A stretch of 64,000 nucleotides of DNA from Gemmatimonadales bacterium (GTDB lineage: Bacteria > Gemmatimonadota > Gemmatimonadetes > Gemmatimonadales > GWC2-71-9). A model generated the notes under the pieces. That model was not told the origin of the DNA. It saw only the letters and a program-made list of their open reading frames with translations, and did not search any database. Positions 14,548 through 24,743 of the stretch are shown one piece after another (position 1 is the stretch's first letter; each line of letters opens with the position of its first letter). Made by a program: the position numbers and the translations under genes. The stretch covers positions 1,629 through 65,628 of the forward strand of contig DATBJH010000079.1 of NCBI GenBank assembly GCA_036556505.1, in the 5' to 3' direction.

Positions 14548-15168
14548 TCAGGCGTGCTTGATGGAAACGGACTCCAGCACGTTGGCCGCATCCTCGATGG
14601 TGTCGAGCGTCTTCTCGAGGTTGTCGTAGATCTCCTTCCACTTGATCACGTCGAGGGGATCGGGCGAGCCTTGGAACAGCCGTCCGAGCCATTCATGGTA
14701 GAGCGAATCGCCCTCCTCCTCCGCGCGCTTCACCTGGACGCACGCCGCCAGCACCGTGCCGCCCTTGTTCTTCTCCAGCGCCCGGACCCCCTCCTGCAGC
14801 TGAATCACGGCCTTGCCGATCACATCGGAGATCAGCACCGCGCCCTCGGGGGACTTGCCGGCGTGGAACAACAGCAGGCGCCGCGCGGTGCCGTCGATAA
14901 GGTCGATCACGTCGTCCAGGCGGGAGGCCAGGAGGTGGATGTCCTCCCGGTCGAGCGGGGTGATGAACACCCGGTCGAGTCGGGTGACCACATCGTGCGT
15001 CACCTGGTCGGCCTGGTGCTCCAGCCGCTTGATCTGGTCCACGATAGCGGTCCGCCGCTGGGCGTCGGCCCGGAGCAGCTCCTGCAGAAGACCCGCGGCC
15101 TCGACCGTCAAGCTGGCGACGGCGCTGAAGAAGTCGAAGAATTTCTCGTCGCGAGGCAGGAGGCGCAT
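14548..15168 (-). CDS. DUF47/PhoU-like phosphate transport accessory protein
   Basis: 206 aa starting MRLLPRDEKFFDFF..., helical. Located directly upstream of the PiT gene, which is the usual pairing. Confidence 0.85.
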   Translation of the reverse strand: MRLLPRDEKFFDFFSAVASLTVEAAGLLQELLRADAQRRTAIVDQIKRLEHQADQVTHDVVTRLDRVFITPLDREDIHLLASRLDDVIDLIDGTARRLLLFHAGKSPEGAVLISDVIGKAVIQLQEGVRALEKNKGGTVLAACVQVKRAEEEGDSLYHEWLGRLFQGSPDPLDVIKWKEIYDNLEKTLDTIEDAANVLESVSIKHA

Positions 15169-15261
15169 GTGTTACGTCCTGGTTACGGAAGCAAACGGTC
15201 GGGAAGATAGCACCGGCCCAGCCGCCGAGCTATCAGCGCTCCGGTTTTCTCGCTAAGTTGT

Positions 15262-18200
15262 GTGGCCCCTATGGCATCGCCCACCGACGCCAGCGCCCGG
15301 CTCGCCGCCGTCGCCCGGACCGCCCTCCTCGACACCCCGCCGGAGGAGGCGTTCGACCGTCTCACCCGGATGGCGGCCCGACTGCTCGGGGCCCCGGTCT
15401 CCCTCATCACCCTGGTCACCGACGATCGCCAGTTCTTCAAGAGCGCCATGGGCTTGCCCGAGCCCTGGGCGAGCCGCCGCAGCGCCCCGCTGAGCCACTC
15501 GTTCTGCCGCCAGGTGGCCGTCTCGGGTCAGCCGCTGGTGGTGGAGGACGCCCGGCGTCACCCGCTGCTCCGCGCCAATCCAGCGGTCCGGGAGTTCGGC
15601 TGGATCTCCTACGCCGGGGTGCCCCTGGTCACCCGGGATGGCGGGCTGGTGGGCTCGTTCAGCGTCGTGGACGGGATGCCCCGCCTCTGGTCGGAGCGGG
15701 ACGTCACTCTGCTGCGCGACCTCGCCGCCTGTGCCGCCTCCGAGATCGAGCTCCGGTTGCGGGAGACGCGCGACCCCGTGGCCAGGCCAGGCGGGAACGG
15801 CGGTCCCCATCCGCCCGAGGTCTTCGAGGACACCGGGATTCCGATGGGCGTCGCCTCTCCGGAAGGCCGCTGGGTCAGGGTCAACCGGGGCCTCGTCGAG
15901 CTGCTCGGGTATCGGGAGGACGAGCTGCTCGGCGCGCTGGCGGAAGGCATGATCCACCCCGACGACCGGCCGGTGCAGCGCGAGGCCCTGCGGCTGCTGC
16001 TCGCGGGCGAATGCTCTAGCTATACCTCGGAGCACCGCTGTGTCCCGCGCACCGGCGAGGCGATCTGGGGCCTCGTCACGGTGACGCTGGTGTCGGACGC
16101 CGCGGGTCGGCCGCGCCATCTGGTGTACGCCGTCCAGGACATCGGCGACCGGAAGCGGATCGAGGCGGAGCTCCGCGAGAGCGAGGAGCGCTACCGGCTG
16201 GTGGTGCAGGCCACCCGGCACGTCGCCTGGGACTGGAACCTGGTCAGCAATCGCGTGGTCTGGGGTGACGGCCTGGAGAGCCTGCTCGGCCATTCCCCGG
16301 CCGGCTCGATAACTACCGCCGACTGGTGGTACGAGCACATCCACGCCGAGGACCGGGAGCGCGTGGTGGCAGGCATCAGGGGCGCGCTGGACCGCGGGGA
16401 GCGCGCCTGGAACCAGGAGTATCGCTTCCGCCGGGGCGACGGCACCTACGCCCGGGTTACGGCCCGCGGCAACGTGATGACCGACCGGTCGGGCGATCCG
16501 GTCCGGGTGGTCGGTGCGCTGGCCGACGTGAGCCGGGAGCGGGAGGTCGAGGCGGAGCTTCGGGCCGACATCGCGGAGCGGCGGCGAGCCGAATCGTTGG
16601 CCGCCGGCCAGAGCCGGCTGCTCGAGCGGATCGCCACCGGTGAGGAGCTGGGCAGCGTGCTGGAGGCCATCGTCCGGTTCGCGGAGGAGCACGGCGACGG
16701 CACCGTCTCGCTCATGACGCTGGAGCAGGGCGGCGAGCAGCTCTGGTTGGCGGCGGCCCCCTCCCTGCCGCCGGAGGTCGCGATCGGCGTGCGACAGGTG
16801 CCGGTGGGACCGGCACACGGGAGCTGCGGCACCGCCGCATACCGGGGGACCCCGGTCATCGTCCGCGACATCGCGACCGATCCACTCTGGGACCATCCCG
16901 GTCGCGACGTCGTCCTGGCCGGCGGGCTGCGCGCCTGCTGGTCGGTCCCGGTGCTCTCCACCTCGGGGGCCGTCCTCGGGACGTTCGCGAATTACTACCG
17001 CGAGCCCACGGAGCCCTCCGCGGAGGAGCTCCGGACCATGGGGATCGCCAGCCATCTCGCGGGGATCGCGATCGAGCGCGCCCGGAACGTCGAGGCCGTG
17101 GCCCAATCCACCCGCCTGCTCCAGCAGGTGCTGGAGACGCTGCCGGTCGGGGTGTGGGTGATAGGTCCCAGCGGGCGCATCATCTACGGCAACGCCGCCG
17201 GCCAGCAGCTGTGGGGCGGGGTTCGCTACGTCGGGATCGACGGGTTCGCCCAGTTCAAGGGCTGGTGGCTGGACAGCGGGCGGGAGATCCGGCCGGACGA
17301 GTGGGCGGGGGCTCGGGCGGTCCGTGAAGGCGAGGTCTCGCTCAACGAGCTGATTCGGATCCAGGGATTCGACGGCTCGGAGCACATCATTCTCAACTCC
17401 GCGGTGCCGATCATGGGCGCGGGCGGCAGCATCGAGGGCGCCATCGTCCTCAATCAGGACGTGACCGAGCAGCGCGCGGCGGAGGACGCGCTGCGCCGGA
17501 GCGAAGAGCAGTTGCGCCAGGCGCAGAAGATGGAGGCCGTGGGGCAGCTCGCCGGTGGGATCGCACACGACTTCAACAACCTGCTCACCGCGATCCTGAG
17601 CTACTGCGAGCTGCTGCTGGAGGAAATCCGGCAGGGCGATCCCATCCGGGGCGACATCGAGCAGATCCGCCAGGCCGGCCAGCGTGCGGCCGGGCTCACC
17701 CGCCAGCTGCTCGCCTTCAGCCGCCGCCAGGTCCTCCAGCCCAAGGTGCTGTCGCTCAACGCGGTGGTCGAGAGCACCGAGGGCATGCTCCGCCGCCTCA
17801 TCGGCGCGGACATCGTGCTCGAAATACGGAGCGATCCCGCGCTGTGGCACGTGCTCGCCGACCCCGGCCAGATCGAGCAAGTCCTGGTGAACCTGGTGGT
17901 GAACGCTCGTGACGCGATGCCGCGGGGTGGTCGGATCCTGGTTGCCACGGGCAACCTGGAGCTGAAGGCGGATTCACCGATGCGCGGCAACGGCGTGCGG
18001 CCGGGCATGTATGTGTCGCTCCTGGTGCGTGACACCGGCGCGGGGATCGATCCCGCCCATCACGCCCGCATCTTCGAGCCGTTCTTCACGACCAAGGAGC
18101 CTGGGAAAGGCACCGGTCTGGGACTCTCGACCGTGTACGGGATCGTGCAGCAGAGTGGCGGACACGTCACCGTGGAGAGTACACCGGGCGAAGGGGCGGC

Positions 18201-18648
18201 CTTCACGGTTCTCCTGCCCCGGCACCTCGGAGGCGAACCGGCGACGGCGTCGAAGGCAGACCGCCGCCGGCTCCCCGGCGGAACGGAGACGCTCCTGCTG
18301 GTCGAAGATGAGGCGGCCGTGCGCAGCTCCGCGCGCCGCCTGCTCGAGCGGCAGGGTTACACCGTGCTGGAGGCCAGGCACGGCGGAGATGCGCTGAGGA
18401 TCGTCGAGGAGAGCAGGCGTCAGATCGACCTGGTGGTGACCGACCTGGTGATGCCCGAGATGGGTGGCAAGGAGCTGGCGGAACGGCTGCGCGCCCACCG
18501 GCCGGGGCTCAAGGTGCTGTTCATGTCCGGCTATACCGAGAAGGCGATCGCCTCGGGCGGCGTCATGCCCCCCAACACCGGCTTCGTAGAGAAGCCGTTC
18601 ACGGTGGAGCAGTTGATGCGAAGGTTGAGGGAGATACTGGACGAGTAG
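15262..18648 (+). CDS. Hybrid sensor histidine kinase (GAF-PAS-PAS-GAF-PAS-HisKA-HATPase-REC)
   Basis: 1128 aa. H-box [15 protein letters not shown] boxes ([25 protein letters not shown]), and a C-terminal receiver ([10 protein letters not shown]...[14 protein letters not shown]). Confidence 0.9.
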   Translation: MAPMASPTDASARLAAVARTALLDTPPEEAFDRLTRMAARLLGAPVSLITLVTDDRQFFKSAMGLPEPWASRRSAPLSHSFCRQVAVSGQPLVVEDARRHPLLRANPAVREFGWISYAGVPLVTRDGGLVGSFSVVDGMPRLWSERDVTLLRDLAACAASEIELRLRETRDPVARPGGNGGPHPPEVFEDTGIPMGVASPEGRWVRVNRGLVELLGYREDELLGALAEGMIHPDDRPVQREALRLLLAGECSSYTSEHRCVPRTGEAIWGLVTVTLVSDAAGRPRHLVYAVQDIGDRKRIEAELRESEERYRLVVQATRHVAWDWNLVSNRVVWGDGLESLLGHSPAGSITTADWWYEHIHAEDRERVVAGIRGALDRGERAWNQEYRFRRGDGTYARVTARGNVMTDRSGDPVRVVGALADVSREREVEAELRADIAERRRAESLAAGQSRLLERIATGEELGSVLEAIVRFAEEHGDGTVSLMTLEQGGEQLWLAAAPSLPPEVAIGVRQVPVGPAHGSCGTAAYRGTPVIVRDIATDPLWDHPGRDVVLAGGLRACWSVPVLSTSGAVLGTFANYYREPTEPSAEELRTMGIASHLAGIAIERARNVEAVAQSTRLLQQVLETLPVGVWVIGPSGRIIYGNAAGQQLWGGVRYVGIDGFAQFKGWWLDSGREIRPDEWAGARAVREGEVSLNELIRIQGFDGSEHIILNSAVPIMGAGGSIEGAIVLNQDVTEQRAAEDALRRSEEQLRQAQKMEAVGQLAGGIAHDFNNLLTAILSYCELLLEEIRQGDPIRGDIEQIRQAGQRAAGLTRQLLAFSRRQVLQPKVLSLNAVVESTEGMLRRLIGADIVLEIRSDPALWHVLADPGQIEQVLVNLVVNARDAMPRGGRILVATGNLELKADSPMRGNGVRPGMYVSLLVRDTGAGIDPAHHARIFEPFFTTKEPGKGTGLGLSTVYGIVQQSGGHVTVESTPGEGAAFTVLLPRHLGGEPATASKADRRRLPGGTETLLLVEDEAAVRSSARRLLERQGYTVLEARHGGDALRIVEESRRQIDLVVTDLVMPEMGGKELAERLRAHRPGLKVLFMSGYTEKAIASGGVMPPNTGFVEKPFTVEQLMRRLREILDE

Positions 18649-18657
18649 ACGCGCCGC

Positions 18658-18740
18658 GTGAAAGGTGAAACGTAAGAGTTGAAAAGGAAGGACGCCGCAA
18701 AGCTGTCCCTCCTTTTCACCTTTTACGTTTCACTTTTCCC
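18658..18740. repeat. Tandem-heptamer palindromic element, type A (GTGAAAG-like arms)
   Basis: Left arm GTGAAAG GTGAAAC GTAAGAG TTGAAAA GGAAGG. Right arm CCCTCC TTTTCAC CTTTTAC GTTTCAC TTTTCCC. Lies between convergent genes, and the right arm overlaps the HAD gene 3-prime end. Confidence 0.65.
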
Positions 18741-19388
18741 GCTGTTTCGCACCAGAGCCAGCAGTTCGTCCGGCCGCTCCAGCCAGTAATCCGGCCGCGA
18801 CCCCTCGAGATGACTCCGGCCGAACGGTCCCCACAATGCCGCCGCCGTTCGCACACCTGCGGCGCGGCCGGCGATCATGTCGTGAACGCTGTCGCCGACG
18901 TACACTGTGGCGAGCGGGTCCGCGCCCAGGAGCCGCACCGCTTTCTCCACCGGCTCGGGATGGGGCTTGGGGTTCTCGACCTCGTCCGAGCAGACCAGCA
19001 CGTCCATCATCGCCTTGAGCTGTACCAGAGTGAGACCGCGAACCGCCCCCGCGCGGTTCTTGCTCGTCACCAGCCCGGTCGTGATCCCATTCTCCTTGAG
19101 CGCGCGCACGACATCCACCACCCCGGCATACACCGTCACCATCCGGTCGTGGTGCGTGAGGTTGTATTCGCGGTAGGTGGCGATCAGCGCATTCAGGGTC
19201 TCGGGGTCGTCCCCCCAGTCGGCGAACTGAGCCGTGAGCGGTGTCCCCACGCCGGCGAGCCACTCCTCGTCGGTGCGCGGCGGCAGTCCGTGAGTGGCAA
19301 GGGTGTGATGGTAGCTGTCCAGAATCAGGCGGACCGAGTCAATGAGGGTGCCGTCGAGGTCGAAGAGCACGGTGCGAATGGCTCGCAT
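18723..19388 (-). CDS. HAD-superfamily hydrolase (phosphoglycolate phosphatase/PpaX-like)
   Basis: Motif I VLFDLDGTLIDS, motif II VTSK, motif IV VYVGDSVHDM. Confidence 0.85.
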   Translation of the reverse strand: MRAIRTVLFDLDGTLIDSVRLILDSYHHTLATHGLPPRTDEEWLAGVGTPLTAQFADWGDDPETLNALIATYREYNLTHHDRMVTVYAGVVDVVRALKENGITTGLVTSKNRAGAVRGLTLVQLKAMMDVLVCSDEVENPKPHPEPVEKAVRLLGADPLATVYVGDSVHDMIAGRAAGVRTAAALWGPFGRSHLEGSRPDYWLERPDELLALVRNSGKSET

Positions 19389-19410
19389 GGCAGCAATCTA
19401 TAGCCGCCGA

Positions 19411-21618
19411 TCAGGATGGGATGAAGAGCAGCACGCCCACCAGCCGGGGCTCGATCGTGCTCCAACGACCTTCGGCGACCGGCATCCGGGTCACCTCCCG
19501 CTCGAATCTCCCAGCCGGCAAGGCGGCGAGCCGCTCCAGCTCGAGCCTCTCCCCCGACGTGTGTCCTCGACCCACGAAGGCGAGTGCCCGCTCGAGCCCC
19601 GCCATCGCCTCGAGGTCCCGCCTCCGCGCCGCGTCCCGTACCGCGCAGTGCAGCCTCGACGAGAGCTGATGGGCGACCGGGTCGGCGGCCGGTGGGGACC
19701 AGCGACTCCCCCGCGACGCGCTGAGCCTCGCGCGAATCGGCTTTCCGAGCAGCTCCAGGGCCGCCTTGAGCCGCGCCGGTTCCCCCGCCGCTGCTGGCGA
19801 TTCCGAGGCAGCGGCGAGCCTGGCCGCCACCACCGACTCCTCCTCCGTCCACCCCCCGTCCTGATCAACCCAGACCAGCGTCGCCGAAAGCCGCCGGGCT
19901 GCGCTAGGGCGAAGCTCGTAGAGCTCGAACAGGGCGAGGACACCGGCGGGCCCGCGCGGCACCACGGCAACACCGGGGCTCGCCGGGCCGACGGCATACA
20001 GCTCCGCGAGCTCAGCACGCCACCTCCAGAGGCCCCGGCCCGCCAGGCCGAGTCCTGCCAACGAGGGTAGCTGCGCCTTCTGCGCCAGCGCTCGGGTCAT
20101 TCGCAGCGCACCATCCACCGCCGCCGGCGGACTGAACGTCACCACTTCCACGGTGGGATTCGAGGAACCCAGCCGCACTGCACGGCCTTCTCGCTGCTCC
20201 AGGCGCATGGGCGTCCAGGGGAGGTCGTAGTGGACTACCCTCGCGGCCCGTTGGAGATCCAGACCTTCGGCGGCGACATCGGTGGCGATCAGGTGACGCG
20301 CCGGCGGTCCCTCCGCCGACGGTTCACGAAACCAGCCCAGCACGGTCGCGCGCGGCAGTGGACAGGGGCCCAATCCCGCCCGGACGCCGGTACACCAGGC
20401 GAGTGCCGGCGGCGCCAGTCGGTCGCGAAGGTACCGGACCGTCTCCCGGCGCGAGGTGAAGACCAAGGTGGGCTTGCCATCCGCGATCAGCGTCCGGAGC
20501 CGCTCGACCTTGGCGTCAGGTGCCCCCTCAGCCCGCGCCGATTCGCGCAACACCTCGCCGATGGCATCGAGATCCTCCAGGGAGAGATCGCTGGAGTCAC
20601 CAGAACCAGGCATCAGCTCCCACCACACCAGCTGATCCTCCAGCTCACCTGCGAAGCGCCGGATCGCCGCTCGGTCCGGGGGCCGGCCTGCGCTCGCGGC
20701 GTCCCGGGCGTGCAGCAGCAGGTTGCGGTACCGCCGCAGGGCGGCAGAGAGTGCGGCGGGACTGGAAGCGGCCGCGCACCGCAGCACCGTACGGAGCAGC
20801 GCCTCGGTTCCCGGCACCCGCGAAAGCCGCAGCCGATCGAGTGAGGCGAGAGTCGCCTCGGCGGAGCTCGATTCTCCCGGCTCCGAGCGACTCGTCACGC
20901 TTCTGCGCGCCGGCCGCTGGCCCTCGGATGGCGCCGACTCGATGACCAGCTCCCCGAGCGCGGGCGATGCCTGCCCGCGGCCGAGCAGCGCCCGCAGGGA
21001 GGCCACGCCCTCGGCTGCCAGCGCGTCGTCGCGAATGGCGAGCAGGAGCTGGTGCAGGAGATCCGCGAGGCGATTGACGACCGGCGTCGCCGTCACCAGC
21101 AGCACCCGCCGGCCGACCAGCCAGGGTGCAGTGTGCCGGTAGCGCCAGGTGGCGGGGTTCCTGAAATGATGCGCCTCGTCCACGATCACCAGCCCCCGCC
21201 TGGCGGGCGGAAGCCTGCCCCGGCTCGCCGCTTCGTGCGAGGCAACCGCGATCGTGATGCCGAGGGACCTCGCGGTGGACCGCCACTGCTGCAACAGGGT
21301 TGCGGGGACAAGGCAGACGGGAGGGCGATGCGGCTCCAGCGCAGAGGCTACCGCCAGCGCCACGTACGTCTTGCCGCTTCCCACTGGGTCGGCGAGCATG
21401 GCGCCTCCGTGGCGCCGGATGGCATGCAACGCGCGCCGAAAGCTTCGCACCTGCTCGGGGCGGAGCCAGCCGGGTGCGGCATCCGGGTCCTCATCCGGCG
21501 TCAATCTGCGGGCCATGGCTCTGGCGACTTCGACTCCGCTCCGCCACTCACCGGGCCGGAGCGCTGTGACGAGGGGGTCCGGGACCGGGGTCAGCTCTTC
21601 AGCCACGATCCTCGGCAC
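19411..21618 (-). CDS. SNF2-family (SF2) helicase/ATPase
   Basis: Motifs I ADPVGSGKTYVA, II VIVDEAHHFRN, III LLVTATPVVN, V/VI ATDVAAEGLDLQ...QREGRAVRLGS. In-frame starts at GTG 21618, GTG 21606 (GTGGCTGA overlap with the methylase stop) or ATG 21690; the choice is uncertain. Confidence 0.85.
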   Translation of the reverse strand: MPRIVAEELTPVPDPLVTALRPGEWRSGVEVARAMARRLTPDEDPDAAPGWLRPEQVRSFRRALHAIRRHGGAMLADPVGSGKTYVALAVASALEPHRPPVCLVPATLLQQWRSTARSLGITIAVASHEAASRGRLPPARRGLVIVDEAHHFRNPATWRYRHTAPWLVGRRVLLVTATPVVNRLADLLHQLLLAIRDDALAAEGVASLRALLGRGQASPALGELVIESAPSEGQRPARRSVTSRSEPGESSSAEATLASLDRLRLSRVPGTEALLRTVLRCAAASSPAALSAALRRYRNLLLHARDAASAGRPPDRAAIRRFAGELEDQLVWWELMPGSGDSSDLSLEDLDAIGEVLRESARAEGAPDAKVERLRTLIADGKPTLVFTSRRETVRYLRDRLAPPALAWCTGVRAGLGPCPLPRATVLGWFREPSAEGPPARHLIATDVAAEGLDLQRAARVVHYDLPWTPMRLEQREGRAVRLGSSNPTVEVVTFSPPAAVDGALRMTRALAQKAQLPSLAGLGLAGRGLWRWRAELAELYAVGPASPGVAVVPRGPAGVLALFELYELRPSAARRLSATLVWVDQDGGWTEEESVVAARLAAASESPAAAGEPARLKAALELLGKPIRARLSASRGSRWSPPAADPVAHQLSSRLHCAVRDAARRRDLEAMAGLERALAFVGRGHTSGERLELERLAALPAGRFEREVTRMPVAEGRWSTIEPRLVGVLLFIPS

Positions 21619-24580
21619 TTCCTCGCAGGGCAGCGAGGAGCGTGCGGCGATGGGTCTCGGCGAGTGAGAGGTGTCGGGCAGTGACGTCATCGAGGTCCGG
21701 TTGCACGGCGTGGCCGTCCGCGGCGAGACGTGCGATGGTCGAGAGGTCCGGATCAGCAAGAGTGGTGTCCGGCAAGGGCAGGGCGCCGACCGTGGCCGCG
21801 GTGTAGCGGGAGCAACCGCCTGCGGCAGGCACCGCACCCGCCCATGCCGTGGCCCGGAGCCAGCTGCAGTTGAGCCAGGCCGCCAGGCGGTCCGCCTCCA
21901 GGTCGGTTCTCGCCAACGCCACGTAGCAGCTGTTGAGCGGCACCGTTTCCCTCATGGCGCTGAGAGAGACGGCTCGGAGGACACGCGCGAGATCTGCCCA
22001 GACGACTCGGTGCGGTGCGGTGGAGGCTTGGGTTCTAAACAGCGTCCACGGCGGGCCACCGGCATAGTCGGCGCGTGCGCGGAGGGCGTCGAGGTGCGGT
22101 GCCAGGTGGGCAGCGGTGAGCGGTGGCAGGCGGGGCAGGGGAGACCCGTCCCCGGCGTGGGTCCAGAGGAGCGGGGTGCGCTTGCGGACCGAGAACGGCG
22201 CGAGGTCCCGCCCCCGGATGGCCCACCGCAGCAGCTCAGGCTCCACTTCGGGTGGGTTCAGGAACAACCGGTTGGCGCCGGTCTTGAGCCCGAGGTGACA
22301 GGAGACGACCGAGTCGAGCGTCGGATGTTGCCCGCGCAGCTCGGCCAGCGCGGCCCGGAGCGGCTCGCGCCGCAGCACCCAGGGTCCACCGCCTCGAAGG
22401 CTCGCCTGCGTCGCCGTCGATGCCTGGCCGAGTGCAATCCGCACCCGGTGTCGGGGAGGGGGAGTCGAGTTGCGGATCACCAGCGCGAGCGGATACACCG
22501 TGGCTTCGAAAGTGGCGCGAGGATCGGCGGTGAGGTCGGCAACCGTGACGAGGGTGCTGCTCGCGGCCAATGCGTGGCGCATGGCGGTGCCGTACCCCGC
22601 CGCAGCGACCTTTGCGGGAGCCAGCATCGCCACCATGCCACCCGGTTTCGTGAGCTCGAGGGAGCGCTCGAGGAAGGCGACCGCGAGGTCCGGTCGATTG
22701 GCATAGCCTTTTCCACCGGGGCGCCACCAGCGATAGCGGCCCGCCAGCCGGTGCCGCAGCTCCGGCCGGAGCTCCTCCGCTCGTAGCCAGGGAGGATTCC
22801 CGACGACGAGATCGAAGCCTCCGGCCGCGAAGACGTCGGCGAACTGAACCCGGTAGTCGAACCAGGGCACCTGTCGCTCCCGGGTGAGAGCGCGTCGGAG
22901 GGCACGCACTTGCCGCAACTCACGCCGGAGCTCGGTGAGCCGCGCGAGCCCCGGACGGTCGAAGCCTCGCCGTCGGCCGAAGAGATCCGGCGAGCGGGCA
23001 GCTTCCAGGCATTCCGCGATGGATGACCGCGCCGAAGCATCGGCCTGCGCGAGTGTCAGGTCCGCGATCCGTGCCTCGAGCTGGATCAGCTCACCCAGCG
23101 CGGCACGTTTGGCCGCCCCCGTGGCGATCACGATTCGCCTCCTCAGTGCCGCGAGCTCCGCGACCGGTGCGATGCGACCTCGCGCCGGCGATGCGCAGCC
23201 GGTGGGATCGAACAGGCTGTCACCCTGGCGGATGAGGCAGTCGAGATTGGGAAGCGGTCGCACTCGCTCAGGACAATCGCTGGGATCGGCGGCGACGACG
23301 GCAAGCCAGAGCCGAAGCTCCGTGATCCGGACAGCGGCGCCGTTGACGTCCACGCCGAAGAGATTGCGCCGGAGCACCTGGCGGCGAAGGGCGGCACCAT
23401 GACGCCCGTCCGGCGAAGGCGGAATGAGTCGCTCGAGCGCGCCGAGGAGGAACGCACCCGAGCCGACCGCGGGGTCCAGCACTTTCAGGGTCCGCACCAA
23501 TCGCCAGGCGGAGCTCTCGCCCTCCGTCAACCGCCGCTCAGCTTCGGACTCGGAGCAGCCCAGCCGGTTGGCCACGAGCGGGACCAGAGCCTGGTCCAGC
23601 AGCTCCCGCACCAGGGCGGCCGGGGTGTAGTAAGTGCCCGACGCCCGACGCTCGTCCGGCGCCATCACTCCCTCGAACACGCGTCCCAGCATGTCCGGGG
23701 CGACGCCGCCGCGCTCATCGGCCTCGAGGGTGAAGTGGAAGCGCTCGAACAGCCCGTCGAACGCGCTTCTCCACAGCTCGTTGGGGATGTCCCGGCGGAG
23801 ACGCCGCTCGAGCGGGTGGGGCTCGAAGAGGCCGCCGTTCAGAAAGGGGATGGAGCCCAGCGCCAGCGCGCCGCGGTTGCGCTCTGCCGCCGGCCGATTG
23901 AGCGTGCCGAAGAAGAGAGGTCGCAGCAGATCGCGGTGGACTCTTTTCCTCCGGGCGAGACAGCCGTCCACGGCGTCGGCGAGAAACCGCGCATTGCCGG
24001 CCAGCCATCCCCTGGCCTGCACGAAGTAGAGGAAGAGGATCCGGGTGAGCTGCAGCAGAGCGACGGCGTGCCGGTCCTCGCCGCTGAGCGGGCCCGGCAG
24101 ACCGGCGGCCATCTGTTCGAGTGTGTTTCGGAACTGACGAAAGAAACGGACTCCCACGCTTTCGCCGCTCAGTGCCTCCACGGCGTGCGCTGCGAAGCCG
24201 GCCATCCCGCCGGGGGGTGAGGCCGCCAACCGACGCAGCTTCTCGAGTGCGGCCGCCGCCGGCCGATCGAGATCGAGCACCAGCCGGGGTGCACCATTGA
24301 GCGAGATGGTGACGGTAAGCCGGCGCAGACCCGGGTCGAGACCGAGCGCCCCGCAGACCCGCCCGCGCGCGGCCATCCGCGCTGCGAACGCCCGGGCGGC
24401 CACTTCCGCGCGTGGCCCCGCGAGGGCATACCACGCAAAGTCTCCCCGGCAACCCACGACGACCGTGGGCTCCCCCGGCCCGGGCACCGGATCCCAAAGC
24501 GGCTCGCCACCCAGCGTCGCGGCAAGGGCCGGAAGATCCTCGAGCGAGCGGACGCTGTGCAGCGTCTGCGCCAGGTCCAC
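21599..24580 (-). CDS. N6-adenine DNA methyltransferase, gamma class, Eco57I/MmeI/PglX-like with a large C-terminal target-recognition region
   Basis: 993 aa. Contains FLNGGLFE and MLGRVFEG blocks, motif I VLDPAVGSGAFLLGA and motif IV VVGNPPWLR. No PD-(D/E)xK or HNH motif found by eye. Confidence 0.85.
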   Translation of the reverse strand: MDLAQTLHSVRSLEDLPALAATLGGEPLWDPVPGPGEPTVVVGCRGDFAWYALAGPRAEVAARAFAARMAARGRVCGALGLDPGLRRLTVTISLNGAPRLVLDLDRPAAAALEKLRRLAASPPGGMAGFAAHAVEALSGESVGVRFFRQFRNTLEQMAAGLPGPLSGEDRHAVALLQLTRILFLYFVQARGWLAGNARFLADAVDGCLARRKRVHRDLLRPLFFGTLNRPAAERNRGALALGSIPFLNGGLFEPHPLERRLRRDIPNELWRSAFDGLFERFHFTLEADERGGVAPDMLGRVFEGVMAPDERRASGTYYTPAALVRELLDQALVPLVANRLGCSESEAERRLTEGESSAWRLVRTLKVLDPAVGSGAFLLGALERLIPPSPDGRHGAALRRQVLRRNLFGVDVNGAAVRITELRLWLAVVAADPSDCPERVRPLPNLDCLIRQGDSLFDPTGCASPARGRIAPVAELAALRRRIVIATGAAKRAALGELIQLEARIADLTLAQADASARSSIAECLEAARSPDLFGRRRGFDRPGLARLTELRRELRQVRALRRALTRERQVPWFDYRVQFADVFAAGGFDLVVGNPPWLRAEELRPELRHRLAGRYRWWRPGGKGYANRPDLAVAFLERSLELTKPGGMVAMLAPAKVAAAGYGTAMRHALAASSTLVTVADLTADPRATFEATVYPLALVIRNSTPPPRHRVRIALGQASTATQASLRGGGPWVLRREPLRAALAELRGQHPTLDSVVSCHLGLKTGANRLFLNPPEVEPELLRWAIRGRDLAPFSVRKRTPLLWTHAGDGSPLPRLPPLTAAHLAPHLDALRARADYAGGPPWTLFRTQASTAPHRVVWADLARVLRAVSLSAMRETVPLNSCYVALARTDLEADRLAAWLNCSWLRATAWAGAVPAAGGCSRYTAATVGALPLPDTTLADPDLSTIARLAADGHAVQPDLDDVTARHLSLAETHRRTLLAALRGSAEDRG

Positions 24581-24743
24581 AGAGGCTCCGCAGTGGGCTT
24601 GGCGCCTACCCTACCGGTCGGGCTCAGCCTTTGCGGAACCCATCCGCTGCGCCGAGGTACCGATTTGCGTCAGCGCTCGCTGCGAACTACCATCCTCCCG
24701 CGCCGCGGCGTGACGGATTGACCTTCAATCTCTTTCTATCACA

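Noticed and set aside
19411-24580. Assigning the methyltransferase-helicase pair to DISARM or BREX.
   Set aside because: The hallmark partners are absent from both flanks: drmA/drmB/drmC for DISARM, and pglZ, brxC/pglY and brxL for BREX. Naming it as either system would be unsupported.
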